A stretch of 64,000 nucleotides of DNA from NCBI RefSeq assembly GCF_018350175.1, contig NC_058368.1:100628001-100692000 (forward strand). Reading direction: 5' to 3'. Shown here in pieces: positions 23,370-35,939 of this stretch. The first letter of the stretch is position 1, and each line of letters begins with the position of its first letter. The notes below the pieces were generated by a model. The model saw only the letters and a list, made by a program, of their open reading frames with translations. It ran no database searches and was not told where the DNA came from. Source of the DNA: Felis catus (taxonomy: Eukaryota). The position numbers were made by a program, and so were the translations under genes.

Positions 23370-23830
23370 TTGCACTTAGTTCCATCCTGTCCAACATTTT
23401 TATTTACATCATGGATGAAGTACAGAACAATTAAGCCTTATTGGTGGATTACAAAAAGCTAAACAGAAGAACAATTCAGACAATTAGTATTAGCAGCATA
23501 ATCCTCAGGAAACTGAATTTCAAAAGCAAAGCTAATAAGACTTGATTTAATAAGGAAAAATGTAAAACTCCTCACTAAGGTCCAGATATTAACTCTCCTT
23601 ACACAGAAGTGGGGAGATCTGTCCTAAACACAGATCTTGGGGAAAGAACTGGACTTTACGTTGACTGAAACTGTGACATGAGCCAATCATGTGATGACTC
23701 AGCCACAAAAGCAACAGCAATCTTTGGTTACCCTTCCAGTCCCCAAGCAAAAGGGAAGTTATCTGCCCACCAAGCTCCATAGTAGTTGACACCACGTGGA
23801 GTATTGTGTTGACTTCAAGGTGACATATCT
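23370..23830 (+). mobile_element. L3/CR1 LINE ORF2 fragment
   Basis: tttaataaggaaaaatgtaaaactcctcactaagg resembles FNKxKCKxLHLG; ccacgtggagtattgtgtt resembles PHLEYCV. Confidence 0.65.
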
Positions 23831-24880
23831 TCAGTCTAACTCATCTTCAACATGACAGCCCTTCACATATCTGATGACAGGTTCCAAGCCACCTTCTCCA
23901 AGGTAAGTATCCCTCTTCTTAATAGAACAACATGATGTGTCACCAAGACGGTTCCTTGTTAATAACATGGCCCCCTCCATGTTTGTCAATATTGCTTTGT
24001 AAATGTGTCCCACAGGATTGGACAGAAAGTTCCAGATGCAGAATGGCCAGCATAGTATCATGTCAGAACCTCATGTGTCCTGTGCAAATTATTCTTATAT
24101 TAATCAAGCCTGAGATAACAGTAAAACTAAGTGCCTATATCATATAGGCGTTTAACTTACAGTAATGCTACTATTACACATTTCAGCAAAAATAAATAAA
24201 AAGGAATAAAGAAAAAATAAATAAAAATCAAGCAAACACATGACTCAGAATAAACACAAGATGAGAACGAGGAATCTGGACACTGATGGGTCATAAATCT
24301 AATATTTCTTATAGTATGGGCTAAGTGTGGTTCAGGAGTTTAAAGATGTGTATTTTTTGTGTTGCTTAGCCTTACCCCTAAATACATTGCTGTCCTTTAT
24401 GGGAAATTACAGAGTTTCAAGTTACCTTGGACGCAACAAAAATGTCTTTTATGTGACTTTTGAGAACCACATAAACCAAACCATAAGAGACTCAAAAACT
24501 GAGAATAAACTGAGGGTTGATGGGGGGTGGAAGGGAGGGGAAAGTGGATAATGGACATTGAGGAGGGCACCTGTTGGGACGAGCACTGGATGTTGTATGG
24601 AAACCAATTTGACGATAAATTTCATATTTTAAAAAAGAGAGAGAACCACATTAGAAACAGCTCTTCTATATATCTTTTTTCTTCTTGGAGTCACCTCACA
24701 TCGTTGAATTTACAGGCAATTTTTAACATGACCAAATGCTTGCTAAATCAATTCTACTTTAGTTTATACTATTAGAGTTGTTTTATTTTGTTTGTACCTA
24801 AGTATAGGATTTTATGTTTATTCTTATTACGTTTCTGCCTATTAAATTTGACTCATCATTCCAGACTTTTGCTTTAGGGG
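23831..24880 (-). mobile_element. L3/CR1 LINE ORF2 fragment, antisense, interrupted
   Basis: Minus ORF ends RYVKGCHVEDELD, like the CR1 C-terminal KYLKGCH motif; aataagaataaacataaaatcctatacttagg near 24800-24830. Confidence 0.6.
24473..24640 (+). mobile_element. Felid L1 3' end (5'-truncated)
   Basis: aactgagaataaactgagggttgatgggg...gagcactggatgttgtatggaaaccaatttgac; TSD gagaaccacat. Confidence 0.9.
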
Positions 24881-25054
24881 ATCAAGGTGCTATTATATTC
24901 AGTCTTGTACTACCTATTTTCCGTGATAAACCAAAACCTGACCTCTCCTTCTTGGTAATTAAGACTTTTGCATTAACTACTATACTTAACATTGAAAAAT
25001 GCACATTTTTTTCCCATACTGTTGGTATTTAAGATTATGTCTTAAAATCAGTGG

Positions 25055-25877
25055 GATCATCAAGAGAATAGGACAGGCTGCAGTTGCAGAGAATATATTT
25101 GCAAAAGACACATCTGATAAAGAAGTATTATCTAAGATATACAAAGAACTCTTGAAACAAGAGTTCAACAATATGAAAATGAACAATTCAACTTAAAAAA
25201 TGGGTCACAAAACTTAACAGACATCTCACTAAAGAATATTCAGATGAAGGGGATGAATCCCTGGAATCTACTGCTGAAATCATTATTGCACTATATGCTA
25301 ACTAACTTGGATGTAAATTAGAAATAAACAAATAAATGAATAAATAAAATATTCAGATGACAAGTAAGTATATGAAAATATTTTCAACATTATATGTCAT
25401 TAGGGAATTGCAAATTAAAACATCAATGAGATGCCACCACCTACCATTAGAATGGCCATTATCCAGAACGCTGACAACAGAGGATGACAATGATGTGGAG
25501 CAACAGGAACTCTCATTCACTGCTGGTGGGAATGCAAAATGGTGCAGCTACTTTGGGAGACAGTGTGATGGTTTCTTACAGAACTAAACACGCTCTGATC
25601 ATACATTCCAGCAATCAAGCTCCTTGGTATTTATCCAAGTGAATCGAAACCTTATAGTCACACAAAAACCTGTACACAAGTGTTTATGGCAACTGTATTC
25701 ATAATTGTCAAAACTTAGAAGCAACCAAGATGTCCTTCAACTGATGAGTGGATAAACAAACTGTGGTACACCCAAATAATGGAATATTATTTAGCAATAA
25801 GAGGAAATGAGCTCTGGAGCCATAAAAAGACTTGGAAAAATGTAAATACATATTGTTAATTGAAAAAAGCCAGTCTA
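25055..25877 (+). mobile_element. L1 (L1MA/MB-type) ORF2 end and 3' UTR
   Basis: gagaatatatttgcaaaagacacatctgataaag...ggaattgcaaattaaaaca...ggataaacaaactgtggtaca. Confidence 0.9.
25248..25347 (+). mobile_element. Short carnivore L1 3' end nested in the older L1
   Basis: attattgcactatatgctaactaacttggatgtaaatt; TSD aatattcagatga. Confidence 0.85.
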
Positions 25878-26085
25878 GGGGCGCCTGGGTGGCTCAGTCA
25901 GTTAAGCCTCTGACTTCGGCTCAGGTCATGATCTCACGGTCCGTGAGTCCAAGCCCCGCATCGGGCTCTGTGCTGATGGCTCAGAGCCTGGAGCCTGCTT
26001 GGGATTCTGTGTCTCCCTCTCTCTGCCCCTCCCCACTCACGCTCTGTCTCTCTCTCTGTCTCCCTCTCTCTCTCAAAAACAAAAA
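25878..26085 (+). mobile_element. SINEC
   Basis: Full body. Confidence 0.95.
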
Positions 26086-26345
26086 CAGATGAACATAAGA
26101 GAAGGGAAGCAAAAATAATATAAAAACAGGGAGGGGGACAAAACATAAGAGACTTTTAAATATGGAGAACAGAGGGATACTGGAGGGGTTGTGGGAGGGG
26201 GGATGGGCTAAATGGGTAAGGGGCATTAAGAAATCTACTCCTGAAATTATTGTTGCACTATATGCTAACTAACTTGGATGTAAATTTAAAAAAATAAATT
26301 AAAATAAAAAATAAAATATAATAAAAAATAAAATAAAAATATAAT
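26086..26345 (+). mobile_element. Carnivore/felid L1 3' end abutting the SINE tail
   Basis: gatgaacataagagaagggaagcaaaaataatataaaaacagggagg...gcactatatgctaactaacttggatgtaaattt plus A tail. Confidence 0.9.
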
Positions 26346-26762
26346 ATAATGTTTGATTATAATGTCAACAAAAGGCGGTGAAAGTCCTCAGACAGATAAA
26401 GTCAGAGTGGACTTCCTGTTAATGGTGTGCAATTACATGAAGACTTATGTTTGAAGGAAGACAAGATAGCTGAAAGACAAATGTTTGTGATTCCATTAAC
26501 TGAAAGTGCAATTCTTACCATCTTTTCGGTCATATGTATCATTTTAAAAAAAGCTATCCAGAGGAAATAGATATTTTTACAGAAACAAATTTCTAGTTAC
26601 AGAGATTCAATGGAAGTTTTAGCTTGGTTTTATGCATCATGAAGGAATACAGATGTTCCTCTGTGATTACGGGGGTTATGTTTTTATACAATTCCAATTA
26701 TGTTTATGATATAACTGTGAATGTGACACCATTTTTATCTCAGTGTAAGAAAGCAGTGGGTT

Positions 26763-26980
26763 GGGGCCCCTGGGTGGCTCAGTTGCTAAAGCGTGTGACT
26801 TCGGCTCAGGTCATGATCTCGTGGTTTGTGAGTTCGAGCCCCACATTGGGCTCTGTGCTGTCAGCTTTGGATCCTCTGTCTTCTTCTCTCTCTCTGCCCC
26901 TCTTCTGCTCACACATGTTTGCATTTGTGCACTCTCTCTCTCTCTCTCTCTCTCTCTCACATAAATAAACATTTAAAAAA
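26763..26980 (+). mobile_element. SINEC
   Basis: Full body. Confidence 0.95.
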
Positions 26981-27122
26981 GAATATTGGCCAAATCAGTT
27001 TCGTACTTCATAGAGGTAAGCAACAAAAGCCAGCTTTGGGAATTAGAAGTTAACTAACAGGATGTTGGTGTTTCCACTGCTGGCATTAGAAGTTTGAGAA
27101 ACGCTTTAAATGCAGAACAAGT

Positions 27123-27334
27123 GGGGTGCCTGGGTGGCGCATTCGGTTAAGCGTCCGACTTCAGCCAGGTCACGATCTCGCGGTCCGGGAGTTCGAGCCC
27201 CGCGTCGGGCTCTGGGCTGATGGCTCAGAGCCTGGAGCCTGTTTCCGATTCTGTGTCTCCCTCTCTCTCTGCCCCTCCCCCGTTCATGCTCTGTCTCTCT
27301 CTGTCCCAAAAATAAACGTTGAAAAAAAAATTTT
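27123..27334 (+). mobile_element. Young SINEC_Fc
   Basis: TSD aatgcagaacaagt. Confidence 0.97.
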
Positions 27335-27585
27335 AATGCAGAACAAGTAATCTCTGGTTTTAGACACTACTTCTCTGCAAAGTCACCTGGTTTTCCAGAG
27401 AGAAAAACAGAATGAGCTAGGGCCAGGGCCGAAGCCAAAACAATAGACAGTAGGAAGGGATGATTACACTCTCACTGCTGGTGGTTTTTAAATCGTCTCC
27501 TCAACAAAACAAAACAAAACACCCAAACAAACCACTGTAAGCTGCTGACCAATTTGGCAAAATAAGCCAGATACAATACAGCAAA

Positions 27586-27781
27586 TTTTTTTGATGTTTT
27601 ATTTATTTTTGAAAGACAGAGCATGAGTGGGAGAGAAGTAGAGAGAGAGAGATGGGGACAGAGCAAAGCAGGCTCCGTGATGGCAGCTCAGAACCCTATG
27701 TGGGGCTCAAACTCACAAATCATGAGATCGTGACCCGAGCCAAAGTCAGACGCTCAACTGACTGAGCCCCCCAGGTGCCCC
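27586..27781 (-). mobile_element. SINEC
   Basis: Antisense body. Confidence 0.93.
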
Positions 27782-28557
27782 GCAAAATATTTTCTGTAGT
27801 CAACTTTAAAACAAACAAAACATACTCCGTGTGATTGTTATAAAGAGCAAACTCAGTGACGGAGCAGTTGCAGAAGAGGGAGTAGTTTATAGATGTATCA
27901 GAAACAATTTGAGCCCTATGGGCAGGGATCTGGAGCATCAAAGTCCATAGCTGGCAGAGAATTCATGGCTTAGGCCCCTGCAAATGGCAAGCTGGGAATG
28001 AACTATCGGCTTAAAGCCAGGAGTGAAGACGGACGACCCTGTCCATGAAATGAGAACCAGAAAATTTGTCATCACTTTCCAGACAAACAGTAAAGAAACG
28101 TCCTATATACGTTTCTATGAGAACTACGAGAGAAAAAAATCCGCTCTTGATAAGCCAGAATCCCAAGTCGCACTGCACACGTGTGTGCGGTTCTCATGCA
28201 TGCGAGCCCTGTAGTGCCCTTTTATACCCAGGAAATTAACGTGAAAAGTAGTTTGGAATCAGCAAAACCCATAAGGTTCTGGCAGAGAAAAGTGCAACGT
28301 AAAGATGAGCTCGTAGTTGAGGATTATAAATCACCCAAGGAAACACACCCCAAGAGGGAGATTTAGCAGACACAACAGACCAAAGTATTAACACATCCTA
28401 AACTATAAATAATAGCTTTGAAAGAGGCTTGAAAGTAAATATGTTGAAATATCCTCAGAAAGATCAAGAAAGAAATAGAAATTATAAGACAGGAATAGGA
28501 CCTTTCAGAAAAAAAAAAAAAAAACAACCAGCATATTTGAAAAAAAAATTGACATTC

Positions 28558-28733
28558 TTTTTTTTAAATATGTATTTATTTATTTTGAGATAGAGAGGAG
28601 AGAGAGGAAGAGAGCAGGCTCCCTTCTGTCAGTGTAGATCCCAACACAGGATTCAAACTCGTGTACCATGATACCATGACTTGAGCCAAAATCAAGAGTT
28701 GGATGCTTAACCAACTGAGCCACCCAGGAACGC
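28558..28733 (-). mobile_element. SINEC
   Basis: Antisense body. Confidence 0.93.
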
Positions 28734-29109
28734 CCCCCCCCCCAAAAAAAAATTTGCCATTCTAGAAATTTAAAGAAAAGGACCTCTGAAATGAAAACTC
28801 AATAAACCACAGAGAAGAACTGAAGGGAGAGTTAGTCAATTAACAGATGGAGTTTGAGGGAAATTGCCATAATGCATCACAGAAATAAATAAATGGAAAA
28901 TACCAAAGAGAAGTTAAAAGACGTACAGGGTAAATGAAAAACTTCAAGAAGATTGTTAAAAAGAGAGAATATAAAGAATGAGGGAGACAATATTTGGGTA
29001 GTTAAAGGCTGAGAACTTTCTAGCGTTGAAAAAGGGCATAGTCTTCAATCACAGAATGAAGGAGCGTGGTAAATCCCAAGAAAGATACAAAACAAACCTG
29101 ATATGGAAA

Positions 29110-29678
29110 TGTTGGGGTTCAGAGCTGACAGCCAAAACTTACTGAGAAGTCTTTGGTGCAAAAAAGTGGTTTTGTTAAAGCACGGGGACAGGACCCATGG
29201 GCAGAAAGAGTCCAAGGGGTCATGAGGAGTGGCCAGTTACATACTTTCAAGTTGGGAGGGTGTTAGGGATAGCACAGCCTCCAAGGTATTTTGGAAACAA
29301 GGTTTCCGGGATCCTGAAGCCATTAACTATTGTTAGGAAAGTTCATTTGTAACTGTTTAGTAAAAACTCGGGCATGAGACCCTTCAGATGTATATCAGTG
29401 GGCCATATGCTTGGAGGATAATTGCCAACATATATCTTAGGCGATAGAGATAAAGGAGGTTTCCAAAGGAATTATTATATGTTAAAGTAGGCTTACGGGA
29501 TCCTGGGGGATCTGGGGAGGGTCAGGCTAAGATCAACTTTTGCCCTTAGCAAAGTATCAACATTGAGGCCACTGAACTCCCAGAGAAAGTCCACTCTGAC
29601 TGTTTCAAGGACTTGTCATTGGGCTGTAGGCAGTAAAGAAATTTAATTTTTTCTCTTTTGCCTTTGTTTCCCACATCA
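29110..29678 (-). mobile_element. Solo ERV1-class LTR (carnivore LTR-like) inserted in L1
   Basis: TG...CA termini (tgttggggttcagag ... tttcccacatca); composition distinct from the flanking A-rich L1, which resumes afterwards. Confidence 0.7.
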
Positions 29679-29816
29679 AAACCCACATGTGGACACTCAT
29701 AAACATATTACAGAAAATCAAAGACAAAGTGAAAACCTGAAAAGAGAAGACAGTTTACTTAGAATGGCAATCAGGTTCAGAGAGAATTCTTAGCATCAAT
29801 AAAAGACAATAGATTT

Positions 29817-30004
29817 GCGGTGCCTGGGTGGCTTAGTCGGTTAAGCATCCTACTCTAGATTTTGGCTCAGGTCATGATCTCACAGTTCGTGAGTTCAAGC
29901 CCAGAGTCTGGCTCTCTGCTGACAGCTCGAAACCTACTTGGGATTCTCTCTCTGCCCCTTCCCTGCTCTCCTCCACCCCTCAAATAAATAAGCAAACAAA
30001 CAAA
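29817..30004 (+). mobile_element. SINEC
   Basis: Full body. Confidence 0.93.
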
Positions 30005-30149
30005 CTTTCGAAAAGACAGCAGAATGATATCTCCAGAGGTGAATGAAAGTATTCTCAAATCAGAATTCCGTAAAGAACTAAACTATTATTCAAGAATAAA
30101 AGTGAACAAATGGTTTTCAAAGATTAAGAGATTATACTACTTAGAGACT

Positions 30150-30500
30150 ACCATGGTTAATTTTATGTGTCATTTTGGCTAAGTCCTGATATCTGGTCAA
30201 ACATTATTCTAGATGTTTCTGTGAAGGTATTTTTAAGATGAGATTGACATTTATAGTACTAGGCTCTGAGTAGAGCATATGACTCTTCATTATGTGGACG
30301 AGCTTCATCCAATCAGTTAAAAGCCTTTAAAGAAAAACCAGGAAGAGAAAACAAAACAAAACAAAACAAAACTCTCCCCGAAAGAGCTGGCATTGTGCCA
30401 GCAGATGCCCTTCTCGCTCATTTTGTAGCTCCTCCCTGGGTTTCCTCCACAATCATGTGAGCCATCACTTAAAATCAATCTCTCCCTCTCTCCATATATA
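30150..30500 (+). mobile_element. MLT2 (ERVL) LTR
   Basis: atggttaattttatgtgtca...tggtcaaacattattctagatgtttctgtgaaggtattttt...catccaatcagtt...ccacaatcatgtgagcca. Confidence 0.85.
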
Positions 30501-30631
30501 GATCTCTATTAGATGGAGAAAGAGAGAGAGAGAGATAATACATTGAAAATAGCATTATCAGAACTTATTCCTTGCTGTTTCAAAGGAGGTACTTTGGAAA
30601 TTGAAAAACTTATTGGGAAGTACCTCAAAAG

Positions 30632-30850
30632 TGGCATCTGGGTGGCTCAGTCGGCTGAACATCTGACTCTTGGTTTCGGCTCAGGTCATGATCTCGTGGT
30701 TTGTGAGTTCGAGCCCCATGTCAGGCTCTGCGCTGACAGCATGGAGCCTGCTTGGGCTTCTCTCTCTCCCTCTCTCTCTCTCTGCCCCTCCCCCATTCTT
30801 GCTGTCTCTCTGTGTGTGTTTCTCTCTCAAAGTAAATAAACATTAAGAAA
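30632..30850 (+). mobile_element. SINEC
   Basis: Full body. Confidence 0.95.
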
Positions 30851-31651
30851 AAGAAAGTACGACAAAAAAAGGATTTATTTTGAAAAGTAATACTTAAAAG
30901 AACTTTATATTCCTAATATCCATAGTAACCAGTTTACTGGTTTAAATCGGTGCTTTGTTCATAGTAGACATGTAACAAAAACCTACTGACTGAAATAAAT
31001 TTTAAATGCATGCATACACTTTTTTTAAGCTTTTCAAATGTCAGTTTTAATGTAAATACAGAGTAGGTCAGGCTTTATTCCGTATATCCCCCCTCTCCCC
31101 TGTGAAGGAAGGAATGGATTAGAACAACAATGAGGAGAGCAATTGATAACATACTGACAAACGTAGATAAATACTTACCAAAAAGGAGAGTCACATCAGC
31201 ACATGGAAAACAGGAGGGAGGAAGTCAGAGTAAAAACAGTCTAAGATTCTTTTATTAACAGCCTTAGCCTGATTCAGTATGCGTTTAAAAATTTAGGAAT
31301 AGCCACTTAAAACAGCTTTTGGATCACTTCTAAAAGAGCAGACTTAGAATAAAGAAAATTCATTAAACAAAGACAGAAAAAGAGAACTAGTAAGGCAAAG
31401 TAAAAAAAAAAAAAAGAGAGAGGGGGGGGATTTGAAAGCACCAACATCAATAACAACAATAATAATATCAGTAATCTCTATAAATGTCAACAGATTAAAT
31501 TTGCTTATTAAAGATGGAGACTCTCAGATTTAGCAAAATACAAAACCAATATGAATCTATATCTTAGACATGCAAAGATTAAATAAAAGAGCAAGTTCCA
31601 GAGAGAATAAAACCACTCGTGTAAGTTTTTAAAAGTCACGAAACAATTCTA

Positions 31652-31833
31652 TTTTTAAGTGATTGATTTGAGAGACAGAGACAGCATGAATGGGGGAGGG
31701 GAGAGGAAGAGGGAGAATCCCAAGCAGGCTCGCGCTGTCAACACAGAGGCTGATTGGGGGGCTTGAACCCGCGAAACTGTGAGATCATGACCTGAGCTGG
31801 AAGCTTAACAAACCGAGCCATCCAGGAACCCCC
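31652..31833 (-). mobile_element. SINEC
   Basis: TSD tcacgaaacaattctat. Confidence 0.95.
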
Positions 31834-32441
31834 TCACGAAACAATTCTATATGTAACGGAGAAAGATATTCATATGTACTGGAAATACAAAAACATGGGC
31901 ACACGTCTACTTCAAATGGCAGGTGCCCCTGGGGAGAGCAGAAAAAGGATCTGAGAAGGGTACAAAAAAGAAATAACACAGTGTGTTTTACAGAGTAGTT
32001 GTTTTGGTGGCGATCCCCTGCAGTCTCAGGTGAGTCTTATTTGGTTAAACACCTGTTCTACGCCAGGGCTCGAAATGAGTTCTACGCTGTCACCTGGAAC
32101 AGGTTAAGAAATTAATGTTCCCGAGCAAAGAGAAAACTCACATACCGAAGACGCTGGGTCTCCCTCTCTCCACCATCCGACAGACAGGGGTGAGTCTATG
32201 CGTTTCTGTTTTTTGCTTTTCTTATGGGGCAAGGGAAGAGAGCTATCTTGTCGGTGGGGGAATATACAGACTCCTGGTGCCACGAGGCTGGGATTTGGGA
32301 TATCGGGTGGTTTATAGTGTTATCTGTGAACATCACCTGCCTTTCACGTGGAGGAGCTTGAGGCTCATGGAAGTTTGTTAGAGACCACCAGTGCCATGAG
32401 AAGCTTGGGGGTATTCCCTCCAGGAAAAAAAAAAGAATATT

Positions 32442-32648
32442 GGGGTGCCTGGGTGGCTCAGTTAGGCGTCTGCCGTCGGCTGGGGTCTTGATCTCATGGT
32501 TCTTGTGTTTGAGCCCCACATTGGGCTCTGTGCTGACAGCTTAGAGCCTAGAACCTGCTTTGGATTCTCTGTCTCCCCCCTTGCTCTGTGCCCCTCCCCT
32601 GCTTGTGTGCTCTCTCACTCACTCAAAAAAAAAAAAAAAATTTAAAAA
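32442..32648 (+). mobile_element. SINEC
   Basis: Full body. Confidence 0.95.
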
Positions 32649-33634
32649 GAAGAAGAAATAATACTAACACGGCATACTAACAGTTCTTAAATCTGAGTGG
32701 CACATATATGCGTGCTTATTACGTTACCTTCTGCACTATCTCTGAAAGAAGATACACAAAATAATATTTGAAAACACCCTTTTCCGTCCTCCAATCCCAC
32801 AGCTCCCCTAAAACGTTAGCACTGCTAAGATCTTGATATTTTTACAGGTCATATTTTTTGAAGGATTAAAACATGCATATATACAAATGTCAAAAAAATA
32901 CACATATATACAAATATAGAATATGTTTCCTGGAAGAGGGCTGTTCCTGTCGACTCTGACTTTAATCTTTACAAAGGGAAGTGAGTGTGGTTTGAGTATG
33001 GGCGATACACACACGCTCTCTCCTGATGCCGATGTCTCTCAATCTGGTTTTTTGCTTCCTTCAACACTGAAGACAAGAACCAGCCTCCTTTCCTCGTTGG
33101 CTAAAGCATTCGTTCACAATCTTTTTATTTCTCACTTTTCAGCCAGCCCTAGAATGTCTCCTCTTTCTCCCCACTGTAGAGGAATAAAATAAAATACCTC
33201 ATTTTACACCTATTAAAAGGAGTTTTTATTTATCCCACAACCCCTGAACTTGGAGATTTTTTTCAAAAGCATCTCCCCTGGCCACCCCCTTCCCTTCCCA
33301 AGGCCACTGTTTGATCTAGTGACATTTTTATATGGAAAACATTTTAAGCAGCTCCAGCTGCTGATTTTACAAAGAATAAAAACAGAAATGATCGGAGCTT
33401 TTGGCAAGAACCCTTAGACCTGAGCAGCAAGCCACTGATATATTCCTGCTGCACAAGTGATTTGTTTTGTTTTATGAACTTGAGAAAGTAACCCTTTCTC
33501 ATGGCAAAATAGTTGGTAAAACGCTAAGACCCGCACACCAGGGGGGAGCACATATTCTGTTCCTAAGCAGCTTTTTAAAATACGTTTTATATGAGTATCT
33601 GAATTACATAAAGCAGGCTTACATGCTCTCCCTT

Positions 33635-33708
33635 GGTTTTTTTTTTTGTTTGTTTGTTTGGTTGGTTGGTTGGTTGGTTGGTTGGTTGGGGTTTTTTTTT
33701 TTTTTTTT
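33635..33708. repeat. T-rich compound (GTTT)n/(GGTT)n repeat
   Basis: Direct. Confidence 0.9.
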
Positions 33709-33806
33709 GGTTTAAACTCTTCTAAAAGTGGGTGTGAAATAATCCTTCTGCTTTTATTTCTGGGTTGGCTTGGATGATGAGTTAGGTATTAAATATGACT
33801 GGTTCA

Positions 33807-34024
33807 GGGGCGCCTGGGTGGTGCAGTCAGTTAAGCGTCCGACTTCAGCCAGGTCACGATCTCGCGGTCCGGGAGTTTGAGCCCCGCGTCGGGCTCTGGG
33901 CTGATGGCTCGGAGCCTGGAGCCTGTTTCCGATTCTGTGTCTCCCTCTCTCTCTGCCCCTCCCCCGTTCATGCTCTGTCTCTCTCTGTCCCAAAAATAAA
34001 TAAAAACGTTGGAAAAAAAAATTT
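33807..34024 (+). mobile_element. Young SINEC_Fc
   Basis: Perfect TSD aaatatgactggttcag. Confidence 0.97.
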
Positions 34025-34756
34025 AAATATGACTGGTTCAGATGTCACCTATCGATGTAGGGCGTGAATGTCAGCATTTAGATGGAGAATAATTGGATTC
34101 ATATCTGTGTTATGTTTTCAAATTGCTGGGTCAGTCCTGGGTCTCCTGCTGTAAATTCTTCACCGCAGGCGCAAGTAAAAGGAATGTGACAGATTTAATA
34201 CCTAGAATAAGTTATTAACTGTAAAGATGCATAAAACAGTGGCACTGCTGAGCAGAGAACATTACCCTGGTCGTAATTCTGCAAATGACAATTAAAGTGT
34301 TTTTTTTTATATCGCTGAAATATTTTTCTGTATTAACTCTCCTGCTTTACTCACGTGGGTTCTTTATGTCTGATCTCATGTGGAACCATCACTCTTACTT
34401 GGGCATGTGACTCATGAATGTTTAAATTCTAACACCCCAGTGTGAGAGAATGACTTCGATAAGAGAAGGGAGGTGTTTATAATATTTCATGGCCCAAAAG
34501 GTCAAGCGGCTACCATTGACTGCAACCATGATCTTTCCTGAGAACAATATCTAGGTCAAAGCCCATCCTAAAGGCTCGGTAACATGTCCTTTGTCATGGC
34601 ATATTTCCCTTTCTGTCATGGAGAGGGAGCTCGAGTGTGGCCCACCAATTACTTAGACGGTTATTAGGATGGAAAGCAGAGAGGAGTGGGGGTTGGAGGA
34701 AGAGAGGAAGGAGGAAAAGGGAAGAAAGGAGGGAGGAGAAAGGAAAAGAAGAAAAC

Positions 34757-34975
34757 AGGGGCACCTGGGTGGCTCGGTCGATTAAGCATCTGACTTCGGC
34801 TCAGGTTATGGTCTCTCAGTTCTTGAGTTTGAGCCCCACATCAGGCTCCGTGCTAACAGTGTGGAGTCTGCTTGGGATTCTCTCTCTTTCCCTCTCTCTC
34901 TCTCTCTCTCTGCCTCTTTCCCCACTTGTGCTCTCTCTCTCTCTCTCTCTAAGAAATAAACTTAAAAAAGAAAAA
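34757..34975 (+). mobile_element. SINEC
   Basis: Full body. Confidence 0.95.
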
Positions 34976-35507
34976 AGAAAAACAAAAAGGCAAGAAGAAA
35001 CGTAAGCCAAGATTCCAGAAGGAGAAGACACAGTTGTTTTTCACACCTTTCTGCCAGCATCAGCGTCTTGAGTGGTGGCTGGTGCTGGGAAATAGCTTGG
35101 GGTTTTCAAATGTTAGCAAATGACCCGCCTGTGCCTGTGTTGTAGGCCGCCTCCAAGCACTACTCTGAGAAAAATTTCCCTTTCCACAGCGTCTTTTGCC
35201 CTACAAGCCCAAGATGAGCGAGGAAATTCAACATCACGATTACGTTCACTCCACCATTTATCTTATTAGTTAAATATTAACTGAATACCCCCTGCACGAG
35301 GAGCCGGTACCTGTTAATAAAGAGCATGACTCTAAGTAACGTGAGAGTTTCTCAAACTTTAGTCATTCGGCACCAGCTTTTCTATTTAGCGCACATTTAG
35401 ACCAGCACTGTTTTAAGCACTTTATGGATATTAGCCCATTTAATCATAACAATCCAGTGCTCTCCTTTGTTACAGATGAGGGAACTGAGGCTCAAAAAAG
35501 TAAGTTG

Positions 35508-35722
35508 GGAGGCTCCCGGGTGGCTCAGTCAGTGAAGTAACCAACTCTTGGTTTTGGCTCAGGTCATGATCTCACGGTTTTGTGAGTTACAGCCCCACAT
35601 CAGGTTCCATGCTGGCAGTACGGAACGTGTTTGGGATTCTCTTTCTCCCTCTCTCTCTGCCCCTGCCCACTCACACTGTCTCTCTCTCTCAAAATAAATG
35701 AATTAATTAAAAAAAAAAAAAA
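35508..35722 (+). mobile_element. SINEC inserted in an antisense MIR
   Basis: TSD aaaaaagt(a/g)agttgg; flanking acagatgagggaactgaggctca is the MIR core. Confidence 0.93.
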
Positions 35723-35939
35723 CTGAAAAAAAAGTGAGTTGGCCCGGATCACACCTTCACAAATTTTGCAGTAGCCACATCTCATGTCATACGTTATTCA
35801 TCTACTTACATTCTTTCAATGATTCCCTCCTTTCTACTTACAGGATATTTGGGAGATCTTACCACTGCCATAGGTGGAAAACAAACAAGATTGTGAGTTT
35901 AATGTGATCATTGTATTTTTAAACATGCATAAAGATAAA

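Larger units (their letters stand above)
28300..31620 (+). mobile_element. Old L1 ORF1/early ORF2 region, heavily interrupted
   Basis: ggctgagaactttctag, cagaaaatcaaagacaaag, cagaattccgtaaagaactaaactattattcaag, taaatgtcaacagattaaatttgcttattaaaga. Confidence 0.7.

Noticed and set aside
31994..32029. SSCFGG matches the start of the natriuretic peptide ring
   Set aside because: No DRIG or second Cys follows; a six-residue chance match.
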